A stretch of 64,000 nt of DNA from assembly GCA_017536475.1 (NCBI GenBank), contig JAFXHH010000021.1, positions 68,431-132,430 on the forward strand. The letters run 5' to 3'. This DNA comes from Clostridia bacterium. GTDB lineage: Bacteria > Bacillota > Clostridia > Oscillospirales > CAG-272. Positions 28,218 through 36,809 of this stretch are shown here, in pieces. Both the position numbers and the translations under genes were made by a program. Within the stretch, counting starts at the first letter, position 1. Each line of letters opens with the position of its first letter. Below the pieces are notes generated by a model. That model made no database searches. It saw nothing but the letters and a program-made list of their open reading frames with translations, and had not been told where the DNA came from.

Positions 28218-29321
28218 ATGAATTTTAATTTGACAGACAAAGACATTATAACCTCCGCAGGTCACTTTGACATTGAGGGCAACGTGGTTCACCTTGAGGA
28301 GTGTCACAACGGACATATAAACAGAACCTATTTTCTGACCTACGATACGGGCAGGAGATACGTTATGCAGATGGTAAATACCGATATATTCAAGAAGCCC
28401 GACGAGGTTATGGAAAATATAGTCGGAGTTACAGAGCATATTCGCCGTGGATACAAGGCGAAGGGAATCGATGCCGAAAGAAGAGCTCTTCGAGTTATCT
28501 GGACCAAGAGTGGAAAGTGGGGTCACGTAGACCGCCGCGGTATATACTGGAGAATGTACGATTTCGTAGAGGACGCAGAGTGCTATATGAAGGTCGAATC
28601 GGCAGAGATGTTTGAGAAGGTCGGATTTGCATTCGGACAGTTCCAGCGTCAGCTTGCTGATTTCAACGCAAGCGTGCTCCACGAGAGCATTCCTAACTTC
28701 CACAACACCGAGTGGAGATATGCAAATCTTGAAAAGGCAATAGCCGAAAACAAGTCGGGCAGAGCACATCTTATTCCCGATGAAATCAAGTTCGCGCTTG
28801 ACCGCAAGCATATCACTAGTTTTATCAACGAGAGCATTGCAAACGGCTCGCTTACGCTCAGAGTTACGCATAACGACACCAAGCTCAATAACATTATGGT
28901 AGACCGTGAAAGCGGCGAGGGAATCTGCGTTATAGACCTCGATACCGTAATGCCGGGTAGCGTTCTTGCAGACTTCGGCGACAGTATCCGCTTCGGCGCT
29001 TCGAGCGCTGCAGAGGACGAGACCGATCTCGACAAGGTCTATTGCAGACTCGATATGTTCGAGGCATACGCCAAAGGCTTTATTCAGGGCCTTGAGGGCA
29101 GCCTTTCCGAGTCCGAGATCAGAGCACTTCCCATGGGTGCGCTGATACTTACATACGAAACGGGTATACGCTTCCTGTCCGACTACCTCGACGGCGACGT
29201 ATATTTCAGAACCGAGTATCCCGATCACAATCTCGACCGTGCGCGCAACCAGTTCAAGCTCGTTGCAGATATGGAAAAGAAGATGGATGAAATGAACGCC
29301 ATTGTGGCAAAATATCTTTAA
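28218..29321 (+). CDS. nahK: N-acetylhexosamine 1-kinase-like anomeric sugar kinase (APH fold, NahK family)
   Basis: LRVTHNDTKLNNIMVD, VIDLDTVMPGSVLADFGDSIRFGAS and YPDHNLDRARNQFKLV match my recollection of Bifidobacterium NahK nearly block for block. ATG at 28218 with GAGGA 8 nt upstream. Confidence 0.8.
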   Translation: MNFNLTDKDIITSAGHFDIEGNVVHLEECHNGHINRTYFLTYDTGRRYVMQMVNTDIFKKPDEVMENIVGVTEHIRRGYKAKGIDAERRALRVIWTKSGKWGHVDRRGIYWRMYDFVEDAECYMKVESAEMFEKVGFAFGQFQRQLADFNASVLHESIPNFHNTEWRYANLEKAIAENKSGRAHLIPDEIKFALDRKHITSFINESIANGSLTLRVTHNDTKLNNIMVDRESGEGICVIDLDTVMPGSVLADFGDSIRFGASSAAEDETDLDKVYCRLDMFEAYAKGFIQGLEGSLSESEIRALPMGALILTYETGIRFLSDYLDGDVYFRTEYPDHNLDRARNQFKLVADMEKKMDEMNAIVAKYL

Positions 29322-29365
29322 TTGAGCAACCAACGAAAACCCCAATGAATTAAAGGAGAATAGAG

Positions 29366-30385
29366 ATGTCAGTACTCATTACGGGCGGCGCGGGCTTTAT
29401 CGGCTCTCACACCGCGGTGGAATTTATGAACGCAGGCTACGACGTAGTCATTATGGACAACTTTTCCAACAGTAAGCCCGTCGTTTTGGACCGTATAAAA
29501 GAGATCACGGGCAAGGACTTCAAGTTCTACAAGGCGGACCTGCTTGACGCGGCGGCGCTCGACAGAATATTTGAAGAGAACCCCGAGATAGATTCTTGTA
29601 TACATTTCGCAGGACTCAAGGCGGTCGGTGAGTCGGTCTCTATGCCTATCGAATATTATCACAACAACGTCACGGGCTCGCTTATTCTCTGCGATTCGAT
29701 GCGCCGTCACGGTGTTAAGACTATCGTATTCAGCTCCTCCGCAACGGTTTACGGAGCACCCGACGAGGTGCCGATCAAGGAGAGTGCAAGAGTCGGCAAC
29801 GCGACCAACCCCTACGGCGAGACCAAGGTTATGATCGAGCGCATCCTCAAGGATATCTACGTCTCGGATAAGGAGTGGAATATTTCGGTTCTGCGCTACT
29901 TCAATCCCGTCGGCGCGCACGCTTCAGGCCTTATCGGCGAGGATCCCAACGGAATCCCGAACAATCTTATGCCTTATATCACCAAGGTCGCGCTCGGTAA
30001 GCTGCCTCAGCTGAGCGTATTCGGAAACGACTACGACACGCACGACGGCACGGGTGTCCGCGACTATATCCACGTAGTCGATCTTGCAAAGGCGCACCTC
30101 AAGGCGCTTGAATATATCAAGAGCGCGCACGGTATCGATTATTTCAATATCGGTACGGGCAACGGATATTCGGTGCTCGATATGGTAAAGGCGTACGAGC
30201 AGGTAACGGGCTTGAAGGTCAACTATAAGATCGTCGGCCGCCGTCCCGGTGATGTTGCATCCTGCTATGCGGATCCCTCCAAGGCAGAAAGAGTGCTTGG
30301 CTGGAAGGCAGAATATGGCATAGTTGAGATGTGCCGCGATGCTAACCGTTGGCAGACAAAGAATCCTAACGGATACGATTCGTAA
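29366..30385 (+). CDS. galE: UDP-glucose 4-epimerase
   Basis: [11 protein letters not shown] Rossmann motif, catalytic SSSATVYG and NPYGETK (YxxxK). 339 aa. Confidence 0.93.
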   Translation: MSVLITGGAGFIGSHTAVEFMNAGYDVVIMDNFSNSKPVVLDRIKEITGKDFKFYKADLLDAAALDRIFEENPEIDSCIHFAGLKAVGESVSMPIEYYHNNVTGSLILCDSMRRHGVKTIVFSSSATVYGAPDEVPIKESARVGNATNPYGETKVMIERILKDIYVSDKEWNISVLRYFNPVGAHASGLIGEDPNGIPNNLMPYITKVALGKLPQLSVFGNDYDTHDGTGVRDYIHVVDLAKAHLKALEYIKSAHGIDYFNIGTGNGYSVLDMVKAYEQVTGLKVNYKIVGRRPGDVASCYADPSKAERVLGWKAEYGIVEMCRDANRWQTKNPNGYDS

Positions 30386-30434
30386 TAACTATAAGGGGCG
30401 ATCATTTCGCCCCTATATTTGAATGGAGATCGAT

Positions 30435-31496
30435 ATGAATATAGAAAAGTGTTATTTTGGTGAAGCGTTCGGAAAAGCGGTCGATAAATATACTCTGACC
30501 GTAGACAGCGGTATGAGCGTGAGCATAATCACGCTTGGCGGCGCGGTACAAAGGCTGCTCGCTCCCGACCGAGAGGGAAAGCTTGCCGATGTTGTCGGCG
30601 GTTACGATGATCTTGCCGACTACGTCGAGGGCGACGGCTATCAGGGCGCGCTTATCGGTCGGTTCGGCAACCGTATCGCAAAGGGCGCTTTTACGCTTGA
30701 CGGAGTCGACTACAAGCTCTTTGTCAACAACGGACCCAACCACCTCCACGGCGGTAAGATCGGCTTTTCGCATAAGGTCTGGGATGCCGAGGCGGGAATA
30801 GAGGAGGACGGCTGTACCCTGACCCTCAAATATACCTCGCCCGACGGCGAGGAGGGCTACCCGGGCACGCTTAAGGTCACCGTAACCTACAAATTGAGTC
30901 AGGACAACGCGCTTTCGATAAAATATCACGCCGTGACTGATAAAAAGACCGTATTGAACCTCACCAACCACACCTATTTTAATCTCGGCGGCTTTGATTC
31001 GGGCAAGATCTTCGACCACGAGCTCTGGATCGATGCAGATAGCTTCCTTGAGACCGACGAAACGCTTATCCCGACGGGTAAAAAGATATCGGTGGAGGGA
31101 ACTGCGTTCGATTTCCGCAGCCCCAAGACGATCGGACGTGACTTTGACCTTTCCTACGAGCCGTTGATGATCGCAGGCGGCTACGATCACTGCATGAATT
31201 TCACAAAGAGAGCCGAGCCGATGAGTGAGGCGAGAGCGCGCGTCTGCGAGCAAAAAAGCGGCAGAGTTATGGAGGTCTGGACCGACCAGCCCTGCGTGCA
31301 GTTTTATTCGGGCAACTTTCTGAACAATCCCGACCACGATTTCAAGGGCGGATACAAGCAGGGACTTCAGAATATGTTTTGCCTTGAAACTCAGAAAATG
31401 CCCGACAGCGTCAACCGCCCCGACTTCACCGATTGCACCCTCGACGTCGGCGAGACCTACGAAACTATAACGGTTTATAAGTTTTTGACGAGATAA
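30435..31496 (+). CDS. galM: Aldose 1-epimerase (galactose mutarotase)
   Basis: GRFGNRIAKGAFTLDGVDYKLFVNNGPNHLHGG and FCLETQKMPDSVN blocks. ATG at 30435 has GGAG 6 nt upstream; an alternative ATG is at 30423. Confidence 0.88.
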   Translation: MNIEKCYFGEAFGKAVDKYTLTVDSGMSVSIITLGGAVQRLLAPDREGKLADVVGGYDDLADYVEGDGYQGALIGRFGNRIAKGAFTLDGVDYKLFVNNGPNHLHGGKIGFSHKVWDAEAGIEEDGCTLTLKYTSPDGEEGYPGTLKVTVTYKLSQDNALSIKYHAVTDKKTVLNLTNHTYFNLGGFDSGKIFDHELWIDADSFLETDETLIPTGKKISVEGTAFDFRSPKTIGRDFDLSYEPLMIAGGYDHCMNFTKRAEPMSEARARVCEQKSGRVMEVWTDQPCVQFYSGNFLNNPDHDFKGGYKQGLQNMFCLETQKMPDSVNRPDFTDCTLDVGETYETITVYKFLTR

Positions 31497-31515
31497 TATC
31501 AGATAAATAGAACAA

Positions 31516-31546
31516 CCCCGACAGAAAATCTGTCGGGGTGATTTTT
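31516..31546. terminator. Bidirectional terminator between galM and murI
   Basis: CCCCGACAG, loop AAAATC, CTGTCGGGG, followed by TGATTTTT. Confidence 0.8.
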
Positions 31547-32318
31547 ATCTATAAAGCAAATATTTCGAAATTTCAATCATATTTTCGTTTTCAGAGGTGT
31601 TGATTATCTCGACCTCGCCTTCACCGTCGTCGTGCAGAAGTCCGAGCTCGTCGAGTCGGCGTCTCGTATGCCGTGCCGTGCCCTCGCCACCGTCAAGCAC
31701 GACTGTCTCGGCAGGAAATTGCTCCGCGATCAATGCCTTCACGTGCGGATAGTGAGTGCAGCCGAGCACCACCGCGTCGATCCGCTTGCTCTTGTAAGGC
31801 TCGAAAAGCTTTGTGAGATATGCTCTTATCTCGTCGCTCTCCACGTCTCCCGTTTCGATAAGCTCAACGAGTCCGGGGCAGGGTAACGGCAAAAATTCGC
31901 CCTTTCCCGAAAAGCGCGCAACAAGCGCTTGGAATTTTTCCTCGCGCAGAGTCAGCGGAGTTGCCATAACGATGACTCTCGGGTGATCGCAGAGTTCACT
32001 TGCGGGCTTGACCGCAGGCTCGATGCCGATAATGAGCAGCTCGGGGTTTTCCTCGCGCAAGATCTTCGCCGCCACGCTCGTCGCAGTGTTGCAGGCGATG
32101 ACGAATGCCTTGATCCCACGTTCTTTGAGCAGAGAGAGATTTTTTCTCGTTATTTCAAGCACCTCGGGCTTGGTCTTTGTGCCGTAGGGGGCGTTTATAG
32201 AGTCGCCGAAATACAAAAAACGCTCGTTTGGCATGATCTTTACAAGCTCACGCAAAACGCTGATGCCGCCGAGTCCCGAGTCCATGACCGCGATCGGCAG
32301 ATCCTTTTTGTTGTCCAT
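31545..32318 (-). CDS. murI: Glutamate racemase
   Basis: PIAVMDSGLGGISVL, VIACNTAT and LGCTHYP (the two catalytic Cys motifs). ATG at 32318 follows GAGGTG. The longer listed ORF overlaps the clpC end. Confidence 0.93.
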   Translation of the reverse strand: MDNKKDLPIAVMDSGLGGISVLRELVKIMPNERFLYFGDSINAPYGTKTKPEVLEITRKNLSLLKERGIKAFVIACNTATSVAAKILREENPELLIIGIEPAVKPASELCDHPRVIVMATPLTLREEKFQALVARFSGKGEFLPLPCPGLVELIETGDVESDEIRAYLTKLFEPYKSKRIDAVVLGCTHYPHVKALIAEQFPAETVVLDGGEGTARHTRRRLDELGLLHDDGEGEVEIINTSENENMIEISKYLLYR

Positions 32319-32412
32319 TCGTCTCACCTCTTTTTGATATCCCGCCCGAAAAGCGCCGTTTGGCTGCTTGCGGTCAACGTGACCGCTACCAAATATTATT
32401 ATAGCAGGTTTT

Positions 32413-34890
32413 TCAACCTTTTGCAATAGTATTTTGCGTTTTATGCGAGCTGTTGCCCGATTTTTTCTCAAATTTCACCCTGTCGCCGTCAAAGTAAGCG
32501 CGAATGAAGTCGCCGCGCGAAAAATCGCCCGAAAGCAGAGCCTCGGAGTAAGGATTTTCAACCAGCCTTGTGATAGCCCTGCGCAGAGGGCGCGCGCCGT
32601 ATTCGGAGGGATATTCGTGCTCTACTATAGCATAGGAAACGCTTTCGTCGAACTCGATGAACACACCCGAGCCCTCGATCCTGTCGGTGACCGACGAGAG
32701 CATAAGCTCGGCAATTTTTTTGAGTGACTCGCGCGAAAGAGGAGCAAAGCAGATGATCTCGTCGACACGATTGAGAAATTCGGGGCGGAAATGACGGCGC
32801 AGAGCGTCAAGAACGCGCTGCTCGGCGCGTTTTTCCTCCTCGCCGCTGCCCGACAGAGTGAATCCAAGGCTTCCGACCTCGCCGTGCGCCTTCGCGCCGA
32901 GATTCGTCGTCATTATTATGATCGAATTTTTGAAATCCACCCGCCGACCCTGCGAATCGGTCAGTATCCCGTCGTCAAGTATCTGCAAAAGCAGACCGAA
33001 AACGTCGGGGTGTGCTTTTTCTATCTCGTCGAATAGCACGATGGAGTAGGGATGTCGGCGTATCCTCTCGGTCAGAAGTCCACCCTCGTCGTAGCCGACG
33101 TATCCTGGCGGAGATCCGATCAGCTTTGAGATGCTGTGCTTCTCCATATACTCCGACATATCAAGCCTGATCATCGCGTCCGTGCTGCCGAAAAGCAGAG
33201 AAGCGAGCGCGCGGCAGAGCTCGGTCTTGCCCACTCCGGTCTGACCTGCGAAAATAAACGACCCGATGGGTCGCTTCGGGTCTCCGAGCCCCGTCCGACC
33301 TCGTTTGATAGCGCTTGCCACCGCCGCTATCGCCCTCTCCTGACCGATGACCTGATCGGAAAGCTTGTCCTCAAGCTCGGAGAGTCTGCGGCTCTCGCTT
33401 TCAAGCAGCTTCGAGACGGGAATACCCGTCCATTGAGTCACGATATCGGCAATATCGCACTCGCGCAGAGTAAGACTGCTAGCTCCTTTTCTTTTTTCCC
33501 ACTCCGCCTTTTCCGTCTCGTATTTTTTTCGCAGAGTGATCTCCTTGTCGCGCAGGGCGGCGGCAAGCTCGAAATTCTGCTCGGTTATCGCCTCGGCTTT
33601 TTCGGCTTGAATGCGACGGAGCTCGCCCTCTATCTCGCGTTGCTCGGGCGGGGAGGTGAAGATCTTCAGGCGTAGCCGTGCCGCCGCCTCGTCGATGAGG
33701 TCGATCGCCTTGTCGGGCAGATATCTGTCGGGCACGTATCTCACCGACATATCCACCGCCGCGTCTATCGCCTCGTCGGAGATATTCAGCTTGTGGTGCG
33801 CCTCGTATTTGGTTCGCAGTCCGAGCAGTATCTGTCGCGTCTCGGCGGCAGAGGGCTCGCCCACTGTCACTGACTGAAACCGCCTCTCAAGCGCGGCGTC
33901 CTTTTCAATATATTTTCGGTATTCGCTGATCGTCGTCGCGCCGATGACCTGAAGCTCGCCGCGCGAGAGCGCAGGCTTGATAATGTTTGCCGCGTCAACC
34001 GCGCCCTCTGCAGCACCTGCACCGATGATCGTGTGTATCTCGTCGATAAAGATTATCATATCGGGATTTTTCTGTGCCTCTGCCATAATGCTCTTGAGTC
34101 TATCCTCAAATTCGCCGCGGTACTTTGCTCCCGCGATCATGCTTGCGAGATCAAGTGAGATTATTGACTTGTCACGCAGGATCTCGGGCACGTCGCCGTC
34201 GGCTATTCTTTGTGCGAGCCCCTCCACTACGGCTGTCTTCCCAACGCCCGGTTCACCGATAAGGCAGGGGTTATTTTTCGTTCTGCGCGAAAGGATCTGA
34301 ATGACTCGCTCGGTCTCGCGGTCGCGCCCGATTATAGGGTCGATCTTGCCCTTTTTTGCCGCCTCGGTCAGATTTCTGCCGTAATTTTTGACCGAGTTTT
34401 TCTCACGGCTCTTTTCGTTGCTCTCGCTACGCTTCGCGCTCGGCATTCGCCCGGGACTTGACTCGAGATAGGACTCAACGTCCCCGCGAAGCTCGCTGAC
34501 AGACGCCCCGAGAGATTCAAGCATACGTACCGCTACGCAATCGCCGTCAGAGAGCAGAGCAAGCAGAATATGCTCCGTGCCGATGTAGCTGTGGTTGCTC
34601 TTGGTCGATTCGTATGCCGAGACCTCGATTATTTTCTTGACGCTTGGAGTCATATTCGAGGGTGAGATCTGCTCGGGCGAGCCGATTCCCGTGACCTCAA
34701 TGATCGTGTCCTTGACGATCTCACTTTTGATGCCCCTTGCTGAAAGTATCTTCGCGGCGGCACAGTCGGCGGTCGAGAGCAGACCGAGCAAAATATGCTC
34801 GCTCCCAATGTAAGAATGACCGAGCTCGGAAGCAAATCCGAGCGCGGCGTTGAGCGCGTTTTGCGCCTTTGGAGTAAATTTGTTTGCCAT
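32413..34890 (-). CDS. clpC: ATP-dependent Clp protease ATP-binding subunit ClpC
   Basis: Clp_N repeats, Walker A in both modules (GEPGVGKT and GQTGVGKT), and a UVR-like linker FELAAALRDKE. 825 aa. Downstream of mcsA-mcsB. Confidence 0.95.
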   Translation of the reverse strand: MANKFTPKAQNALNAALGFASELGHSYIGSEHILLGLLSTADCAAAKILSARGIKSEIVKDTIIEVTGIGSPEQISPSNMTPSVKKIIEVSAYESTKSNHSYIGTEHILLALLSDGDCVAVRMLESLGASVSELRGDVESYLESSPGRMPSAKRSESNEKSREKNSVKNYGRNLTEAAKKGKIDPIIGRDRETERVIQILSRRTKNNPCLIGEPGVGKTAVVEGLAQRIADGDVPEILRDKSIISLDLASMIAGAKYRGEFEDRLKSIMAEAQKNPDMIIFIDEIHTIIGAGAAEGAVDAANIIKPALSRGELQVIGATTISEYRKYIEKDAALERRFQSVTVGEPSAAETRQILLGLRTKYEAHHKLNISDEAIDAAVDMSVRYVPDRYLPDKAIDLIDEAAARLRLKIFTSPPEQREIEGELRRIQAEKAEAITEQNFELAAALRDKEITLRKKYETEKAEWEKRKGASSLTLRECDIADIVTQWTGIPVSKLLESESRRLSELEDKLSDQVIGQERAIAAVASAIKRGRTGLGDPKRPIGSFIFAGQTGVGKTELCRALASLLFGSTDAMIRLDMSEYMEKHSISKLIGSPPGYVGYDEGGLLTERIRRHPYSIVLFDEIEKAHPDVFGLLLQILDDGILTDSQGRRVDFKNSIIIMTTNLGAKAHGEVGSLGFTLSGSGEEEKRAEQRVLDALRRHFRPEFLNRVDEIICFAPLSRESLKKIAELMLSSVTDRIEGSGVFIEFDESVSYAIVEHEYPSEYGARPLRRAITRLVENPYSEALLSGDFSRGDFIRAYFDGDRVKFEKKSGNSSHKTQNTIAKG

Positions 34891-34911
34891 ATCTGTTCCT
34901 CGTAAGACAGC

Positions 34912-35937
34912 TCACGTCAAAATTTCAGTTGGCGAGAGCTTTTTATGTACGAAGTCTGCACGCGCACAATCACAGTCGATGGCACTCTTACATTCACGAC
35001 AGCTTGCGATGACCGAAGAATTGAGTCCGTCAGCCAAAAGAAGATTGAGCGCCGATATACTCACGGGTGGGAGGGCGGAGGTATCCTTGCAGACCGCGAG
35101 AGCGAAGCGAATATCCGATGAGAGCGAAAGCATATCGTTTTCAGAAAGTATTTTTGCGTTAGTCAGGACTCCGTAAGCACGCCACGCACGGTCAATAATT
35201 ATTTTATCCCTTTCTGCGAAAATAATTCGCTCGGCGCTTTCTTCATCCTCGACTATTTTCGTTATAAGCGTGCTGAACGACTGTGCGGCGCGCACCTCGC
35301 TTGAAAAGGGGGCAGGCGAGTGCGAAAGCAGATACAGATCGCCGCCCTGATCGGACAGGAGAGGGAACAGGCGCGCCCCAATGATAGCACACTGATATCG
35401 CAATTTCTCCGCGCTTTCGTTGAGCCTTAGCGACGGCAGATAAAGAACCGATGAAAACTCCACCCCCGAGCCGCACGTCGCGGGACTGTTAGAGATATAT
35501 CCGAGTGCGTCCGAGTATGCAAATTCAAATTCGCGGTCGAGCAGCTCCTCCGCACCCGAGGCAATGTTTCTCGTTTCGCTTACGGAGTTGCCCGCGAGAA
35601 GCGAGCGAATATTTATCAGATCGTTGCCGCCTAGAGACACCGCAAGATTGCAGGGCTCGTTGAAAAAGAGCGAGCGTCTGCCTTCATAGAGCAGAAAATC
35701 CCGATCGATAAAGCCTTTTTCGGCAAGTGCAATGACCTCGGGAAGAGCCCCTTCGGGCAAAATTTCCTTGCGAAACCCGTTTTTTACGAGCAGAGCCTCC
35801 GCCTTCTCGAAAAACTGATCGATCAGTTTTTTTTCGGCTTTGACCGAGAATCGAGCGTCAGCGGGATTGCGTGCGTATCGCGTCTGCGATCTTATAACGT
35901 GATGGGGGCATTTGCCCTCAGATGTAAACCATGACAT
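34912..35937 (-). CDS. mcsB: McsB-like protein (ATP:guanido phosphotransferase fold) with substituted catalytic signatures
   Basis: Operon position is between mcsA and clpC. The landmarks RSQTRYARN and RAWRAYGVL are retained, but the NEEDHxRIQ and CPTNxGTGxRAS positions read GGNDLINIRS and SPATCGSGVEFS. Confidence 0.7.
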   Translation of the reverse strand: MSWFTSEGKCPHHVIRSQTRYARNPADARFSVKAEKKLIDQFFEKAEALLVKNGFRKEILPEGALPEVIALAEKGFIDRDFLLYEGRRSLFFNEPCNLAVSLGGNDLINIRSLLAGNSVSETRNIASGAEELLDREFEFAYSDALGYISNSPATCGSGVEFSSVLYLPSLRLNESAEKLRYQCAIIGARLFPLLSDQGGDLYLLSHSPAPFSSEVRAAQSFSTLITKIVEDEESAERIIFAERDKIIIDRAWRAYGVLTNAKILSENDMLSLSSDIRFALAVCKDTSALPPVSISALNLLLADGLNSSVIASCRECKSAIDCDCARADFVHKKLSPTEILT

Positions 35938-35982
35938 TTTTAGTCTCCTTGTATTTTTGTCGTATGTAGTTTTTGTGGGATA

Positions 35983-36507
35983 TTAAACAGCCTTGCCCTC
36001 AAGCCTTTTTATCTTGTCGCGCAGAGTTGCGGCAAGCTCGAAGTTTTCGGAGTCGATCGCGCCCTTAAGCTCTGCTTTTGCCTTATTTATCGCTTGACGC
36101 TTGTCCAATCTTTCCCTGCGTGCAAACGGCATTTTGATAAGATCACTGCCCTCGGCAAGTCTCGGGGAGGGAAATAGAATATCGGCAAAGGCGGTGTAGC
36201 ATTCGGGGCACGCGAGACGACCGATAACTTTTAGATCGGAGAGGGTAGAGCCACACCCCTTGCAAGCTCTTTTGTCGTCAGCACTCGTATCCGTCGCAAA
36301 AAGCAGACTGTGAGGACAGAGTGTTAGCAGCGTAGGGTCGGGGATATAGACGAGCTCTCCTTCAGTGGCCGTGGAAGAAGCCGAAAAGCTCGCCAGCCTT
36401 CCTTGGATAGCGCCGCATGAGGCGCAGAGCGCGTGCTTGGTTCCGTCCTCGTCAGCGTAAAACAAAGTCGCTTTTTTATTTTTGCATTTTTCGCAGTTCA
36501 TTCTCAT
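35983..36507 (-). CDS. mcsA: McsA-like zinc-finger / UVR-domain protein (McsB activator)
   Basis: CxxC pairs (CEKCKNK...CASCG and CKGCGS...CPECY) plus a C-terminal UVR motif ENFELAATLRDKIKRLEG. The start could be 36507 or 36501. Confidence 0.85.
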   Translation of the reverse strand: MRMNCEKCKNKKATLFYADEDGTKHALCASCGAIQGRLASFSASSTATEGELVYIPDPTLLTLCPHSLLFATDTSADDKRACKGCGSTLSDLKVIGRLACPECYTAFADILFPSPRLAEGSDLIKMPFARRERLDKRQAINKAKAELKGAIDSENFELAATLRDKIKRLEGKAV

Positions 36508-36545
36508 TTTCCTTTCGTTTTTCTGTGAATATTCGTTGTATTTCC

Positions 36546-36565
36546 GTCAAAAAATTGGTTTTGAC
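36546..36565. promoter_or_regulatory. Inverted repeat GTCAAAA-N6-TTTTGAC upstream of mcsA (candidate operator)
   Basis: Read directly: GTCAAAA at 36546-36552 and TTTTGAC at 36559-36565, 40-60 nt upstream of mcsA. Confidence 0.4.
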
Positions 36566-36698
36566 TGCTTTTCAATAACATTTTACACGAAGCGCGACGA
36601 AAAAAAGGTCGCATTGTGTAGTCGCACGAAAAAATTTTGTTTTTTTCTCACAAAAGCGCAAGTTCATTAATAGTTTACAAATAATTTTGGCTATTTGA

Positions 36699-36727
36699 TT
36701 GACAATATTAGTTAAAAGAGGTATAAT
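36699..36727 (+). promoter_or_regulatory. Consensus SigA-type promoter of the decarboxylase operon
   Basis: TTGACA (36699-36704), a 17-nt spacer, then TATAAT (36722-36727). Confidence 0.65.
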
Positions 36728-36809
36728 TTAATTAAAATGGGAGAGAAGGTATTTTTTTAGAAATGCAGAAAAAAGACCGATAAAAAAATCCCAAAACGGA
36801 GGCATTCAA

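Noticed and set aside
27393-29345. 650-aa ORF antisense to the nucleotidyltransferase and NahK-like genes
   Set aside because: The plus-strand genes have clear family motifs and RBSs. The antisense product is low-information (rich in Arg, Val and Leu) with no motif, so it is a codon-bias artefact.
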